From a virus (taxonomy: Duplodnaviria > Caudoviricetes), in IMG/VR virus record IMGVR_UViG_3300027782_000083, positions 1 through 63,002 of that record: DNA of 63,002 bases, one strand, 5' to 3'. Positions 9,061-18,219 of the stretch are shown piece after piece; position 1 is the stretch's first letter; each line of letters begins with the position of its first letter. Under the pieces are notes generated by a model, which was not told where the DNA came from, did not search any database, and saw only the letters and a program-made list of their open reading frames with translations. The position numbers and the translations under genes are program-made.

Positions 9061-9566
9061 ATCTTTGTCCTTCCCCGAATTGCTATGCCATCTGCTCGTT
9101 TAGAAGCCATGCCACCAGCTTTCATTTTCTTGGCTGAAAAAAGTTTTTCAACCATTCCTATCCGTTGGGGTTTTGTTGTTACTTTACTAACAATCTTTTC
9201 CCGTTCTGACTTAGTTGTACCTTTTGCGTAAAACCCAGCATTTTTCAATTCTTTAGAAACTTTGCCACCAGATTTGTAATTCTTAGTAATGTCACGGTTT
9301 GACTTAGGCATTGCTGCGCCACCACCGCCACTTTTGGGAGGATTTATATCCCAGTACTGCTTTTTAATATCACCTTGATTTTTACCTTGTTCAGCAATAT
9401 CTTTCCAATACTTCTTGGCCTCTTCTAAAGTGGTTTTAAACTTCTCTGCTACTTCAGGATTAGAAGCCTTATCGTTAGCCATAGAACGAGCCTTAGCTGG
9501 CGGCTCTTTGCCACCTTCCATACCTAGCTGGCTCATTATCTCCATGGCTTTGATAGGATCAGGCAC
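9057..9566 (-). CDS. Basic protein with C-terminal ADGIAIRGRT motif
   Basis: YKSGG, MKAGGMASKRADGIAIRGRTKI. Confidence 0.6.
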   Translation of the reverse strand: MPDPIKAMEIMSQLGMEGGKEPPAKARSMANDKASNPEVAEKFKTTLEEAKKYWKDIAEQGKNQGDIKKQYWDINPPKSGGGGAAMPKSNRDITKNYKSGGKVSKELKNAGFYAKGTTKSEREKIVSKVTTKPQRIGMVEKLFSAKKMKAGGMASKRADGIAIRGRTKI

Positions 9567-9927
9567 GAGTCTTTCCTCTTATTGCACAGCCGTCTGCACG
9601 AGCTGAGGCAGACTTAACTTTTCCACCCTTTTTATAGGATTTGTATCCTTCTAATCCGCCTGTTTCTCTTGCACTAGAAACATAATTTCTTGCTTGCTCT
9701 GCTTTTTGTTGTTTAGCCGCCATAGCAGCCTCTTGTGCTGCAGCTTGTGCATTTTTTTCATCTTCTTGAGCTTTATTGGCAATTGATTGCTGCTTGCTAT
9801 CATAAGCATCTTTAGCAATCATTTGAGGCAAAAACCCACCAACACCTTGACGAATAAGATTACCCGTCATGCCTTCACCAGTTACCATTCCAACAACAGG
9901 ACTAATATCACCAAATTTTAATCCCAT
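9559..9927 (-). CDS. Protein with C-terminal ADGCAIRGKT motif
   Basis: YKKGGKVKSASARADGCAIRGKTRA. Confidence 0.6.
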   Translation of the reverse strand: MGLKFGDISPVVGMVTGEGMTGNLIRQGVGGFLPQMIAKDAYDSKQQSIANKAQEDEKNAQAAAQEAAMAAKQQKAEQARNYVSSARETGGLEGYKSYKKGGKVKSASARADGCAIRGKTRA

Positions 9928-9929
9928 GG

Positions 9930-10520
9930 TTACACCATCTTTCCTCTGGTTTTACCACGAATAGCACATCCATCAGCTCGTTTAGACGCGGAAGATACTT
10001 TGCCGCCAGACTTATAAGAAGTTATGCCAGCTTTCTCGCGTAAGCTTTTTGTTAGGCTACCAAATTTAAGGTCACTCAAATTTGCTTTAGATTTTGGAGT
10101 TTCAATGTCAGATTTTTTATAAGGTTTCAAAATATCTGGACTTTTAAGAGACTCTCTAAATTCTTTAACTGTGGTTTTTTTATCTTTTGTTTCAGGCTTT
10201 GATTCTACTTTTGGTGCAGGCGCAGCTTCTACTTTTGGCGTAACTTTGGGAGCAACAGCTTCTGCTTTAGGAGTAACTTTTGGTGTAGAAACTTCAGTGT
10301 CATACAACTCACCAGTCTCGGTGTTGCGTTTTATTTTAGAAACTGCTCCAGTTTCATCGCGCAACTCACTAGAATCAACTTTAGAAACCTTTGGTTCGTC
10401 AGGAACTGCTCTACGCATACGAGCCATAATAATAGGGTCTGTGCGGTCAGCACCGCCTAACCATTCTTCTTGGGCCTTACTTAGGCCGCCATTATCAAAT
10501 TTACGCATTTTCTTTTTCAT
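9930..10520 (-). CDS. Basic protein with C-terminal ADGCAIRGKT motif
   Basis: YKSGGKVSSASKRADGCAIRGKTRGKMV. Confidence 0.6.
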   Translation of the reverse strand: MKKKMRKFDNGGLSKAQEEWLGGADRTDPIIMARMRRAVPDEPKVSKVDSSELRDETGAVSKIKRNTETGELYDTEVSTPKVTPKAEAVAPKVTPKVEAAPAPKVESKPETKDKKTTVKEFRESLKSPDILKPYKKSDIETPKSKANLSDLKFGSLTKSLREKAGITSYKSGGKVSSASKRADGCAIRGKTRGKMV

Positions 10521-10521
10521 A

Positions 10522-11049
10522 TTAGCAAGCCTTTCCGCCCATGTTCATTTTAATCATTTTGCCTTTGGTCTTACCTTTGACCTCTACACCACCACCTTTA
10601 GCCATGCCGTGCATGCGCTTTTCATGGCCTTTTACAGCTTTAGCAGCAACCTTCTTCATCATTGGTTTATCTTTAGAAATATCAGAGTGAGCCATACCGC
10701 CTTTTTTCATAGCGCCCATTTCAGCTGCTTCATGTTTAATCATGGACTTTGGAGCGCCCTTTTTCTTCATAAACTCAACTTCTTTTTTGACCATTACCTT
10801 CGATTCTTTAGACATGCCGCCTTTTTTCATGTAACCCATTTTGTTTCTCACCTCAGTTGGTAATTTAGCTAAACCTGGATTGCTATCAGAATCAACTTCT
10901 TTTAAGCCACCAGCTCTGAATTTACGTCCTTTATCTGCTTTCATAAACTCTTCTCCTACGGTTTTAGATACGCCAACTTTTTTGGCAAATTTTGGATTAT
11001 TAGCCACGGCTGCCATGAAATTATGCTGTTTTTTACTAGCGCTAGGCAT
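10522..11049 (-). CDS. Basic K/M/G-rich protein with repeated xxxGG motifs
   Basis: FRAGG, MKKGG x2, MAKGG, MNMGG, KGKTKG. Confidence 0.6.
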   Translation of the reverse strand: MPSASKKQHNFMAAVANNPKFAKKVGVSKTVGEEFMKADKGRKFRAGGLKEVDSDSNPGLAKLPTEVRNKMGYMKKGGMSKESKVMVKKEVEFMKKKGAPKSMIKHEAAEMGAMKKGGMAHSDISKDKPMMKKVAAKAVKGHEKRMHGMAKGGGVEVKGKTKGKMIKMNMGGKAC

Positions 11050-11287
11050 TTATTTTCCCCTGAATAAGCTGGTCAATTTTGTCTTCAAGTTTGTTAAACC
11101 TTGCGTCCATGTGTTCAACAATGCGATCCACTTCTGCTTTAGTAACGTTATCACGTGCTACCTCCTCACGGGTTTTATTAAGAAGAATATCAATCCGTTT
11201 TAGTTCGTTAAACTTTTCGTGCATGACGTATCCAATAAAAGCTATAAATATTGTAAGTCCACCAGTCCAAAGTTCCAATACATTCAT
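11042..11287 (-). CDS. Small membrane plus coiled-coil protein
   Basis: Start MNVLELW (ATGA overlap); N-terminal hydrophobic helix. Confidence 0.55.
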   Translation of the reverse strand: MNVLELWTGGLTIFIAFIGYVMHEKFNELKRIDILLNKTREEVARDNVTKAEVDRIVEHMDARFNKLEDKIDQLIQGKINA

Positions 11288-11604
11288 ACCATTTTCCCTT
11301 TGGTCTTGCCACGAATCTCGCATCCTCCACCACGAACCGATCCGCCTTCTTTGCAGTTCCAAGCCCGTAAGGACTTATTAATCCGTGAGTCTGGGTCGTT
11401 AGCAGTTTTAGCAGATGTGAGCTTTTTCTTCATACCTGACATCCTTGCACAGAACGATTTCTTTCTTGAACCGCCTTCTGGTTGTGGACGTTTTAATCCA
11501 GGTTTGCCAGGATTGGCTGCGTTATACGAAGCTCTACCCTTGGCATTTAAGCCACCTTCAGGGTTCTTACCCTCTTTGCGTTGCCACGCAGGAGTCTTAG
11601 CCAT
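11284..11604 (-). CDS. Small basic phage protein (DUF6321-like) with RGKT tail
   Basis: Start MAKTPAWQRKEGKNPEGGLN; SFCARM; RAWNC followed by KEGG...RGKTKGKMV. Confidence 0.6.
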   Translation of the reverse strand: MAKTPAWQRKEGKNPEGGLNAKGRASYNAANPGKPGLKRPQPEGGSRKKSFCARMSGMKKKLTSAKTANDPDSRINKSLRAWNCKEGGSVRGGGCEIRGKTKGKMV

Positions 11605-12109
11605 AGAAAATCTGTACTGAATCCATATTAGACATTTCTGCATACACCGATGTATTTGCCCGTACCCCTTCGCCTGGAATAATAGGTGAATTATTAAACA
11701 CATCAGTAGCAGCGGGTTCATAGGTAGCAATCCAACGACCAACTGCATATACAGCCGCAGTACTTGTAATGGTGCGTGAATTAATATCAGTCAGAGTAAA
11801 TGAATTTGCATCTACTCTAGTAATGCTATATGTGCCGTCAGTAGCTGAAACCCCAGAATTTGCTACAAAATGAATACCTATAATAGTGCCTGTAGTTAGA
11901 CCATGCGCTGTTTTAGTTACCGTTACGGTTGTACCACTTTGTGCATACGTTACGCTGGATGATACGGGAACGCTGGAAGCATCAAATAAAACTACATAGC
12001 CAGCAGTAGCTGTTCCAGTAAACGAAATGGCTTTAATCCGTGTACCGAAATTTACAAGATACCCACTTGAGTTTAAGTGCGCCTGTTTTACATCATATTG
12101 CATACTCAT
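11597..12109 (-). CDS. Virion structural protein (putative)
   Basis: Beta-rich, VTVTKTAHGL, IPGEGV; late operon. Confidence 0.5.
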   Translation of the reverse strand: MSMQYDVKQAHLNSSGYLVNFGTRIKAISFTGTATAGYVVLFDASSVPVSSSVTYAQSGTTVTVTKTAHGLTTGTIIGIHFVANSGVSATDGTYSITRVDANSFTLTDINSRTITSTAAVYAVGRWIATYEPAATDVFNNSPIIPGEGVRANTSVYAEMSNMDSVQIFYG

Positions 12110-12134
12110 AATTAATCTCCTAAGATGTTGAGTA

Positions 12135-12154
12135 GACTAGGGTTTTCCCTAGTC
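12135..12154. promoter_or_regulatory. Intergenic hairpin without U-tract
   Basis: GACTAGGG-TTTT-CCCTAGTC. Confidence 0.45.
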
Positions 12155-12165
12155 CGCCAGATTAA

Positions 12166-12705
12166 TTAAGAAGTAGCAAACGGAGTAGCAACAGTGCCTG
12201 TGCCTAACACTGTGCCTGTAACCATATACTTTAATGACGTAATTGCGTAGATCTGTACAAATGTACCTGCAACACCGCCAGTAGTTGTGCCATTAAAGTT
12301 AATAAAGTCATCACTTGCACCAGCAACGAAGCCACGGGCTGCGTCTGTTGTATCAGTATCAATAGACAATATAGCGCCTACATACTTGTCTGTGCCGTCA
12401 GTACCAATTTTCAAGGAAGAAGTAGAGATTGTGGTTGGAACCCAAATGGTGTACACAACGCCTTCATTATTGGCAGTGCTTGGATCTTGACCAGGACCAG
12501 ATGTGACTGGATTGGCTGAGGCGTTGATGGTTGGTAGTGTTAAGGTTAAAGCAGCCGCTAAAGAACCACCTACGGAGATAATACGTCCGCCATGAAGCTC
12601 TGGACTTAGGGTAGTGCTAGAAGTGATTTCAACAATAGTAGCTGGGCCTTGTTGATAAATGCCGCCCAATGAACGAATTGGACCTTGGAATGTGGATCGT
12701 GCCAT
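12166..12705 (-). CDS. Virion structural/decoration protein (putative)
   Basis: MARSTFQGPIRS, LTLPTI, NGTTTGG, ATPFA; downstream of the capsid block. Confidence 0.55.
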   Translation of the reverse strand: MARSTFQGPIRSLGGIYQQGPATIVEITSSTTLSPELHGGRIISVGGSLAAALTLTLPTINASANPVTSGPGQDPSTANNEGVVYTIWVPTTISTSSLKIGTDGTDKYVGAILSIDTDTTDAARGFVAGASDDFINFNGTTTGGVAGTFVQIYAITSLKYMVTGTVLGTGTVATPFATS

Positions 12706-12785
12706 GTTAATTCTCCATACAAAGTTAGCTTATTAATCGGTGTATGCGTCTGCTGGGACAGTTTAATAAGCTGGTTTCCCAGTTT
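12706..12785 (-). ncRNA. Candidate structured cis-regulatory 5' leader (chained pseudoknots)
   Basis: Three interleaved perfect complementary pairs of 6, 10 and 6 bp ending at the SD. Confidence 0.6.
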
Positions 12786-12790
12786 CCATC

Positions 12791-12818
12791 ATCTTACTAC
12801 TTTTTTATATACTTGCAA
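12791..12818 (-). promoter_or_regulatory. Sigma70-type promoter
   Basis: TTGCAA-N16-TAAGAT directly upstream of the structured leader. Confidence 0.5.
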
Positions 12819-12822
12819 CTTT

Positions 12823-12969
12823 TTATTTTGCTGCCATCATGTATAAACCAACGTTTGCACCTGCGTAGCAGAAGTAACAAATTGCCATAGGGGTGTTGCC
12901 TTTGAAGGCTTGTTCTATACCAATATAGGTATAAATTAAGCCTGTCAAAATAATGAGATTAGCACTCAT
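12823..12969 (-). CDS. Small membrane protein (48 aa)
   Basis: Not in the ORF track; MSANLIILTGLIYTYIG...GLYMMAAK, ATGA-coupled. Confidence 0.55.
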   Translation of the reverse strand: MSANLIILTGLIYTYIGIEQAFKGNTPMAICYFCYAGANVGLYMMAAK

Positions 12970-13184
12970 TTCTTTTTAGGTATTGTCTTACCCTTCTTGG
13001 GTACTTTTTTAGCCTTTTCTAGCATCTCTGGACTGACATAAGTTTTGCTCATTTTGATGGCTTCTTTCATGATTACTGTAAAGCCTTCTCCAATCAACCA
13101 GTCTTTAGCTTCTTGGTCTAATTCAATAGAAACAATAGCGCTACCATCGTCTAATTCTTTAATCAATTTGCATGAAATTTTCAT
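12966..13184 (-). CDS. Hypothetical protein
   Basis: ORF with SD AAGGA. Confidence 0.5.
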   Translation of the reverse strand: MKISCKLIKELDDGSAIVSIELDQEAKDWLIGEGFTVIMKEAIKMSKTYVSPEMLEKAKKVPKKGKTIPKKK

Positions 13185-13241
13185 ATTTTTCCTTTTATGT
13201 TTCGTATTATTTACATTAAGTGCCTTTTGGTAACATTTATG

Positions 13242-13595
13242 TTACAACTCAAGTGGATCAAATCCAAGTTCAATTGCTACCATTTTTGCTCGGTTTCTAA
13301 AAGTCTTATCGTGCTTTGTCCAAGCCTGTGTAACAGTATTCCAGCGACTGGCATGGATCATCTCATGAGCCATAGTCCTAATCACAGTATCTAAATGCCC
13401 ACAACGAGCGTCTGAAATTGTAATGGTATGAGCGTGATCTGTGCCGTCGTCATAAAGATAAGTTCCCATAGTATCTGGGTCGTGGTCTATAACAAACTTA
13501 ATTTCTTCAGGTAAGGGTAAACCCCAATCAGAAAACGGCTCTGTGCAATACAGCATTGCATAAATGTTTTCAATAATTTTTGGGGTCAGTTTCAT
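13242..13595 (-). CDS. SprT-like zinc metallopeptidase
   Basis: HEMIH...KHDKTF motif. Confidence 0.65.
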   Translation of the reverse strand: MKLTPKIIENIYAMLYCTEPFSDWGLPLPEEIKFVIDHDPDTMGTYLYDDGTDHAHTITISDARCGHLDTVIRTMAHEMIHASRWNTVTQAWTKHDKTFRNRAKMVAIELGFDPLEL

Positions 13596-14551
13596 ACTTT
13601 TATTAACTTACCACGGAAATAAATTAAACCCTCGTCTTCATTAACAACCTCTGCCAGCTCTGGGGGCATGAGTTTGCCGTTAATAAAGGTCAATACTGCG
13701 TATCCAGCTCTCCAGTTGACAGGGTTATTTTCTGTATATGCAAACTGATTATCTTTAATACAAGCCATTGTGCCAGTATCTACGCCATATCTTGTGCCTG
13801 TATAGTCTGTCCAAGGTGTTACTTTAAGGGAATGTAGATGACCCGAGACGAAACTTGTACCTGATCGCATTGTGTTGTTATAAACTGCATGGATACCATT
13901 GTGCCAACGGTGCTTAATCATACAAGTTTCGTTAACCATAATGGACCAAAACCACTTCCAATGCGGAGTATGGTCAGCAATATCAAAACCTTTGATACCC
14001 TCATATTGAGGTAAAACATTGGACAATTTGCCCGAAAACCGAAGGTCATGATTTCCAATCGTAATCATTAACTTACAGCCTGCTGGTCTTACCTTTTCAA
14101 TATCTCCTAGTCTTTCTTGAATTTCTTCTAGCTCTTCTTTTACAGTAGGGCCTTTTTGCCAACCAATGCGATGGTGTTTTGAAATACTAGCAAAGTCTGC
14201 TATATCTCCATTGAGAATAACAATTTTAGGTTTTAGATACTTTACAAACTCAACAAAACCTCGGTGGGCTGTCGTAATGTACTCTGGGTTGTAGTGGCAA
14301 TCAGAGCCAACTAAGATAGTGCCATTATCAAGGGTGACGTTGGCTTGCATCTGCTCATCGGGAATGTAAATCTTGGGTTGACCAGAGGGTGACAGAGCAT
14401 CTAGAACAATATCATATTTATTTTCTATTATTCTGCGCCTCTTCATAACATTGCGATTGCTAAGACCAATAGCTAGGCTAACCTTTTCAGGGGATTGGTG
14501 TTCTTTCCAAGCCGCAATAAATTCTTCGTCACTACACGATTTTCGTACCAT
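13592..14551 (-). CDS. Calcineurin-like metallophosphoesterase
   Basis: SDCH, NGDIAD, GNHD, SGHLH motifs. Confidence 0.8.
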   Translation of the reverse strand: MVRKSCSDEEFIAAWKEHQSPEKVSLAIGLSNRNVMKRRRIIENKYDIVLDALSPSGQPKIYIPDEQMQANVTLDNGTILVGSDCHYNPEYITTAHRGFVEFVKYLKPKIVILNGDIADFASISKHHRIGWQKGPTVKEELEEIQERLGDIEKVRPAGCKLMITIGNHDLRFSGKLSNVLPQYEGIKGFDIADHTPHWKWFWSIMVNETCMIKHRWHNGIHAVYNNTMRSGTSFVSGHLHSLKVTPWTDYTGTRYGVDTGTMACIKDNQFAYTENNPVNWRAGYAVLTFINGKLMPPELAEVVNEDEGLIYFRGKLIKV

Positions 14552-14609
14552 GACATACCTTTTTTTTAATCAAATCATATTATTAGAGAATTGTGAAAGA
14601 ATTATGAAA

Positions 14610-14634
14610 TAAAAAACCCCTCCGAAGAGGGGTC
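14610..14634 (-). terminator. Rho-independent terminator after the major capsid gene
   Basis: ACCCCTC-TTCG-GAGGGGT followed by a T-run on the - strand. Confidence 0.8.
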
Positions 14635-14654
14635 CAAACACTATAGTGTGTTTA

Positions 14655-15566
14655 TTAAGCGCCTGGTGAACCAAACATTCCTAGTGGATCCGAGAATCCA
14701 AAGGAATAACGCTCACGAGACTTGTAACGTACGTTACCAGTATCAAAGTCTCCGTCCATGCTGTTGCTCAAAGGAGTACGAACGAAATGCTTCATACCAT
14801 TAGGAACATCAGTGCAGAGGAAGTAAGCATTGGAATCGGTCAGGTAGTTATTAACTGTATAACCTTCTGGGATCGAACCGTTGTTTACGATAGCGTTGAT
14901 GTCATTGTCTGTAGTACCAACACGCAACTGAGTCTCTAAGAGACGGGTAGCTACGAACTGGAGTGCAGGTGGAACGACTAACTTCTTAGGTTTAGCAGCG
15001 ATTAACAAGCCACGCTCATCTGTCCAAGCAGCGATCTGAATAACTGCGGCTTCCAAGGAAGTCTCATTCAAGTCGGCAGGGGTAGATTGAGTATTGCTGT
15101 TTACACCACCAGAAACCAGTGGATGTGAGGTGCTAAATAAAGCCACACCGTCACCACCAGCATATACGCCAGCAGTAAAACCGTTGTTTAGAACGGAAGC
15201 TGCCTTGGTTTGCTTGGTGTATGCCATAGCACGAGCCAATGCCTTGGTATAACGAGCGGATAAGCTGTCATACAAGTTGTCCTCGATTGCCTCTTCGGTT
15301 AAAGAGAAGCCAAGGGCGATGGTTTCGTGGTTATAGCGAGCTGTGAAAGCCTCTTGTGCATTGTCATAAGCGATGGCAGAACCTTCGTTTTTGACTGGTG
15401 CAGCTGAGAAGCCAGACAGTTTTGTTTCTTCTTCAAACGAACGCTCAGAGGTCTCAGTATCGTAGATCTCTTTGTGTTGTTCACCATACGTTGCGTACTC
15501 CAAGCCAAACAAAGCGTTTAAGCCTGGAAGCAACTCTTTCAGTAGTTGTGCACGTGAAATAGCCAT
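14655..15566 (-). CDS. Major capsid protein
   Basis: MAISRAQLLKELLPGLNALFG, KNEG, ITEEA-like LTEEAIEDNLY, KPKKLVVPP; follows scaffold, precedes terminator. Confidence 0.85.
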   Translation of the reverse strand: MAISRAQLLKELLPGLNALFGLEYATYGEQHKEIYDTETSERSFEEETKLSGFSAAPVKNEGSAIAYDNAQEAFTARYNHETIALGFSLTEEAIEDNLYDSLSARYTKALARAMAYTKQTKAASVLNNGFTAGVYAGGDGVALFSTSHPLVSGGVNSNTQSTPADLNETSLEAAVIQIAAWTDERGLLIAAKPKKLVVPPALQFVATRLLETQLRVGTTDNDINAIVNNGSIPEGYTVNNYLTDSNAYFLCTDVPNGMKHFVRTPLSNSMDGDFDTGNVRYKSRERYSFGFSDPLGMFGSPGA

Positions 15567-15578
15567 TTTCTAAGCTCC

Positions 15579-16187
15579 TTATACGCCAGTTGAGTTGTTG
15601 TACTGATGCATAGTCGCATTTATCTTAACGATAAACTCAACAAATGCATCGGTGCCCGTTGCTGTATCTCTTACCACATCAATAATGCGGATAGGTAGAG
15701 TATTGGTAGTAGCTTGTGTACCTTCATCAATCGCTACAGCGGAGTTACCAGTGGTGGTAGATCCAGCGTTTTGAATCAGAGCAATGTTATTACCAATAGC
15801 AGAAATGCCCATTGCAGCAACAGTTGATCCAGAAGAACAAGAAACTACTTTGAACAGCGTGTCAGGATCATCTGCAACGACTGCAAAAATCTGCGTTCCA
15901 GATTTGATTGCCTGACTTGCTGGGTAGAACTGCTGTTGCTGAACTTGACCAGTTGAAGAATTGGTAAAACTAACACCTAAAAACACACCGCAAGGTGTAG
16001 CTGTAGTTGTGCCAGTATCTTTCTCAATTGTTCCATCTGAAACACGTTTTACTAAATCGCCATAGAAAATGCTTGTAGCATAGCCACTTGCAATTTGCAT
16101 CTGACGGGTTGCTCCCGCAAAGACCTGACCACCAATCAAATTAATTGGTTTTAGTCCATACGGAGCATCTACGGTAGGATAAGCCAT
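15579..16187 (-). CDS. Capsid-associated/cement protein
   Basis: APYGLKP, IFYGDLV, GVFLG, DDPD; immediately upstream of the MCP. Confidence 0.55.
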   Translation of the reverse strand: MAYPTVDAPYGLKPINLIGGQVFAGATRQMQIASGYATSIFYGDLVKRVSDGTIEKDTGTTTATPCGVFLGVSFTNSSTGQVQQQQFYPASQAIKSGTQIFAVVADDPDTLFKVVSCSSGSTVAAMGISAIGNNIALIQNAGSTTTGNSAVAIDEGTQATTNTLPIRIIDVVRDTATGTDAFVEFIVKINATMHQYNNSTGV

Positions 16188-16206
16188 AATAAACTCCTAA
16201 TTAAAA

Positions 16207-16653
16207 TTAACCTTTACCAAAGCTAGTCGTAGATTTTCTCTCACTAAAGAGTGGTGCTCTAGGATCACTTTGGCGCATAAAGCTACTGTCTACAGCGTCC
16301 ATCTGATTTTCTGCTTGCTTTTGGTAATGTGAATTACGCTGAGCAACAAATTCTTCTGGCGTTTTGCATAACAATAACCCTGCAATCTCAATATTGTCCT
16401 TAAAGCGACTATTGGGATCGACTAACAGTTGGAACTTCGGTTGCTCCTCTATTCGTACAGGTTCCCATCCTTCTCTGAGTTTGGCAGAGAGATTGCGGGG
16501 GTCCGCAGTACCTAAAGTAGAAGTTCTGATCCAGCGGTAAGCAAATCCTGCTTGCTTGTCTGGTTCTGGCAACAATTCAGGCGGTTTCCACTGCTGGGGA
16601 CGCATGTCTTGTTGACGGGTTTCTACTTCACGAGGTTTTCTGTTTTCAGCCAT
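16207..16653 (-). CDS. Head-module protein
   Basis: Start MAENRK; YRWIR, REGWEPV, GLLLCK. Confidence 0.55.
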   Translation of the reverse strand: MAENRKPREVETRQQDMRPQQWKPPELLPEPDKQAGFAYRWIRTSTLGTADPRNLSAKLREGWEPVRIEEQPKFQLLVDPNSRFKDNIEIAGLLLCKTPEEFVAQRNSHYQKQAENQMDAVDSSFMRQSDPRAPLFSERKSTTSFGKG

Positions 16654-17614
16654 TTTGGGACTCCAGTTTTGTAAGTTCGCGAGCATATTGCTCTGGTGTT
16701 AGATTAAATTTCTTAGCCAGTTGTACTTGCGTTGGCGTAAGTTTGACTCTTTTTGGAGAGGTAGACCTAGTCGCTGGCGCAACTACCGTGCTCGGTTTAC
16801 TAGTTTTTGCAGAGGGTTTGGCCTCTACCTCGAAAGAGTCTTTGGTCTCTTCGGAATTCCCAAATTTCTCTGGGAACCTTTGACGCATTTCTGTGTCAAT
16901 GGACTTGAAATAGTGGTCAGATCCTATCGGAACTCCTTCTCTTTCCAAGCGTCTATGAATGCCCATTGCTAGGTAACTCATATCATCATCAACTCCATAC
17001 CAGCTGTTTTTGTCCAGCCACGCTTGGGTTTTTGAGTCCAAACGTTGGGGTTGAGGTATTTTTACATCATTTTCCTGAGATTGTAAAGCCTCTTCTGAAA
17101 ATTCAGGTTTATACCTTTCCAATTCCTGAGATTTTAATTTGACTTCAGTTAACTTTTCTTGTGCATTTACTAAAAGCTCAGAATCGCCAGAGTCATAAGC
17201 TTCTTTGTAAGACCGTTTAGCATCTTCTAGTTCGCGAGTTATGTTTTCTTTGTAACTAGAAACTAAACTTTGCTCACCAGTTGTTAGCCTGTTTTTAAGC
17301 TTTTTGTTTTCTTCGATGATTTTTTGAGCAAAATCAATAGCTTCTTGACGCTCTTTGTCAGCAGCTTCTTTAGCTCTGCGTTCATCGTTGTAGACTTTTT
17401 TCATCTGCAACAACTTCTTCTTTGCTTCTCCGCTGAACTCTTCTAAGTCATCGTTATCAAGTTCTTCAACGATTTCCTTTGGCATAGGTTTTGCATTTTC
17501 CTTGTCCTCTGGGGGTGTATCGTCTTCAACCTCAACTTCAATAGGCTCTAATTCTTCGGCCTTATCTTCTGGCTCGTCTGGGAATTTATATTCTTCCAAT
17601 TCTAATTCAGGCAT
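16646..17614 (-). CDS. Scaffolding protein (putative)
   Basis: Acidic coiled-coil; C-terminal LTPTQVQLAKKFNLTPEQYA. Confidence 0.65.
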   Translation of the reverse strand: MPELELEEYKFPDEPEDKAEELEPIEVEVEDDTPPEDKENAKPMPKEIVEELDNDDLEEFSGEAKKKLLQMKKVYNDERRAKEAADKERQEAIDFAQKIIEENKKLKNRLTTGEQSLVSSYKENITRELEDAKRSYKEAYDSGDSELLVNAQEKLTEVKLKSQELERYKPEFSEEALQSQENDVKIPQPQRLDSKTQAWLDKNSWYGVDDDMSYLAMGIHRRLEREGVPIGSDHYFKSIDTEMRQRFPEKFGNSEETKDSFEVEAKPSAKTSKPSTVVAPATRSTSPKRVKLTPTQVQLAKKFNLTPEQYARELTKLESQNG

Positions 17615-17624
17615 GATTTTCTCC

Positions 17625-18035
17625 TTAAGGTCTGGTTATGCCACGGGGATCTTCGACTATTCCTTCTACAGAATCGTCATTGATGATCCTAAATTCGCGT
17701 CCGTGAATCTTTAATCGTGTGCCAGAGTTTGGTCTGGCTAGGATAAAGTCACCAACTTTGCACCAAGGCCCAGTAGGGAAACGGCTTGCGTCCTTGTAAC
17801 AATCAGGACCCATTTTGACAACAAAAAACACCGTTGATAGGACTTCTTCGTGACGCAGTGTGGTATCCGATTTGAGGATGCCGCTTTCGTAAGTCTCATC
17901 AACATCTGGAATAGCGCACAAAATTCGATATCCAGACGGTTCGGGTAGTTGTTTTGCTTTTTCATCTGCTGTTTGAGGCAGAGTTGTTACTGCGGATACG
18001 TCATCGGGATTTGAGCCGATTAGTATTTCAGTCAT
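17625..18035 (-). CDS. groES: GroES-like co-chaperonin
   Basis: PSGYRIL, SGIL, VVKMGP, KVGDFIL, GTRLKIHGREFRIINDDSV. Confidence 0.75.
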   Translation of the reverse strand: MTEILIGSNPDDVSAVTTLPQTADEKAKQLPEPSGYRILCAIPDVDETYESGILKSDTTLRHEEVLSTVFFVVKMGPDCYKDASRFPTGPWCKVGDFILARPNSGTRLKIHGREFRIINDDSVEGIVEDPRGITRP

Positions 18036-18219
18036 TAGATTTCTCCATTCGTTGTTTGAGGTCTGTTATTGCTAAACAAGCGGACTCAAGACCTCGTATT
18101 TGTCCACAAGCGTACTTATACTCCTCGTAATTTGCACAATTTCCCGCAGAAATAGCGTTTTGGAGCATATTTATGCGGTCACGGTACTCATTTAAGAGGT
18201 AATCCAAGTTTTTATCCAC
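18028..18219 (-). CDS. Hypothetical protein
   Basis: YEEYKYACGQIRGL; coupled to the portal gene. Confidence 0.55.
   Translation of the reverse strand: MDKNLDYLLNEYRDRINMLQNAISAGNCANYEEYKYACGQIRGLESACLAITDLKQRMEKSND

Noticed and set aside
15546-15561. Second parS-like site (TTGTGCACGTGAAATA)
   Set aside because: Three mismatches to consensus, and explained by MCP N-terminal codons.
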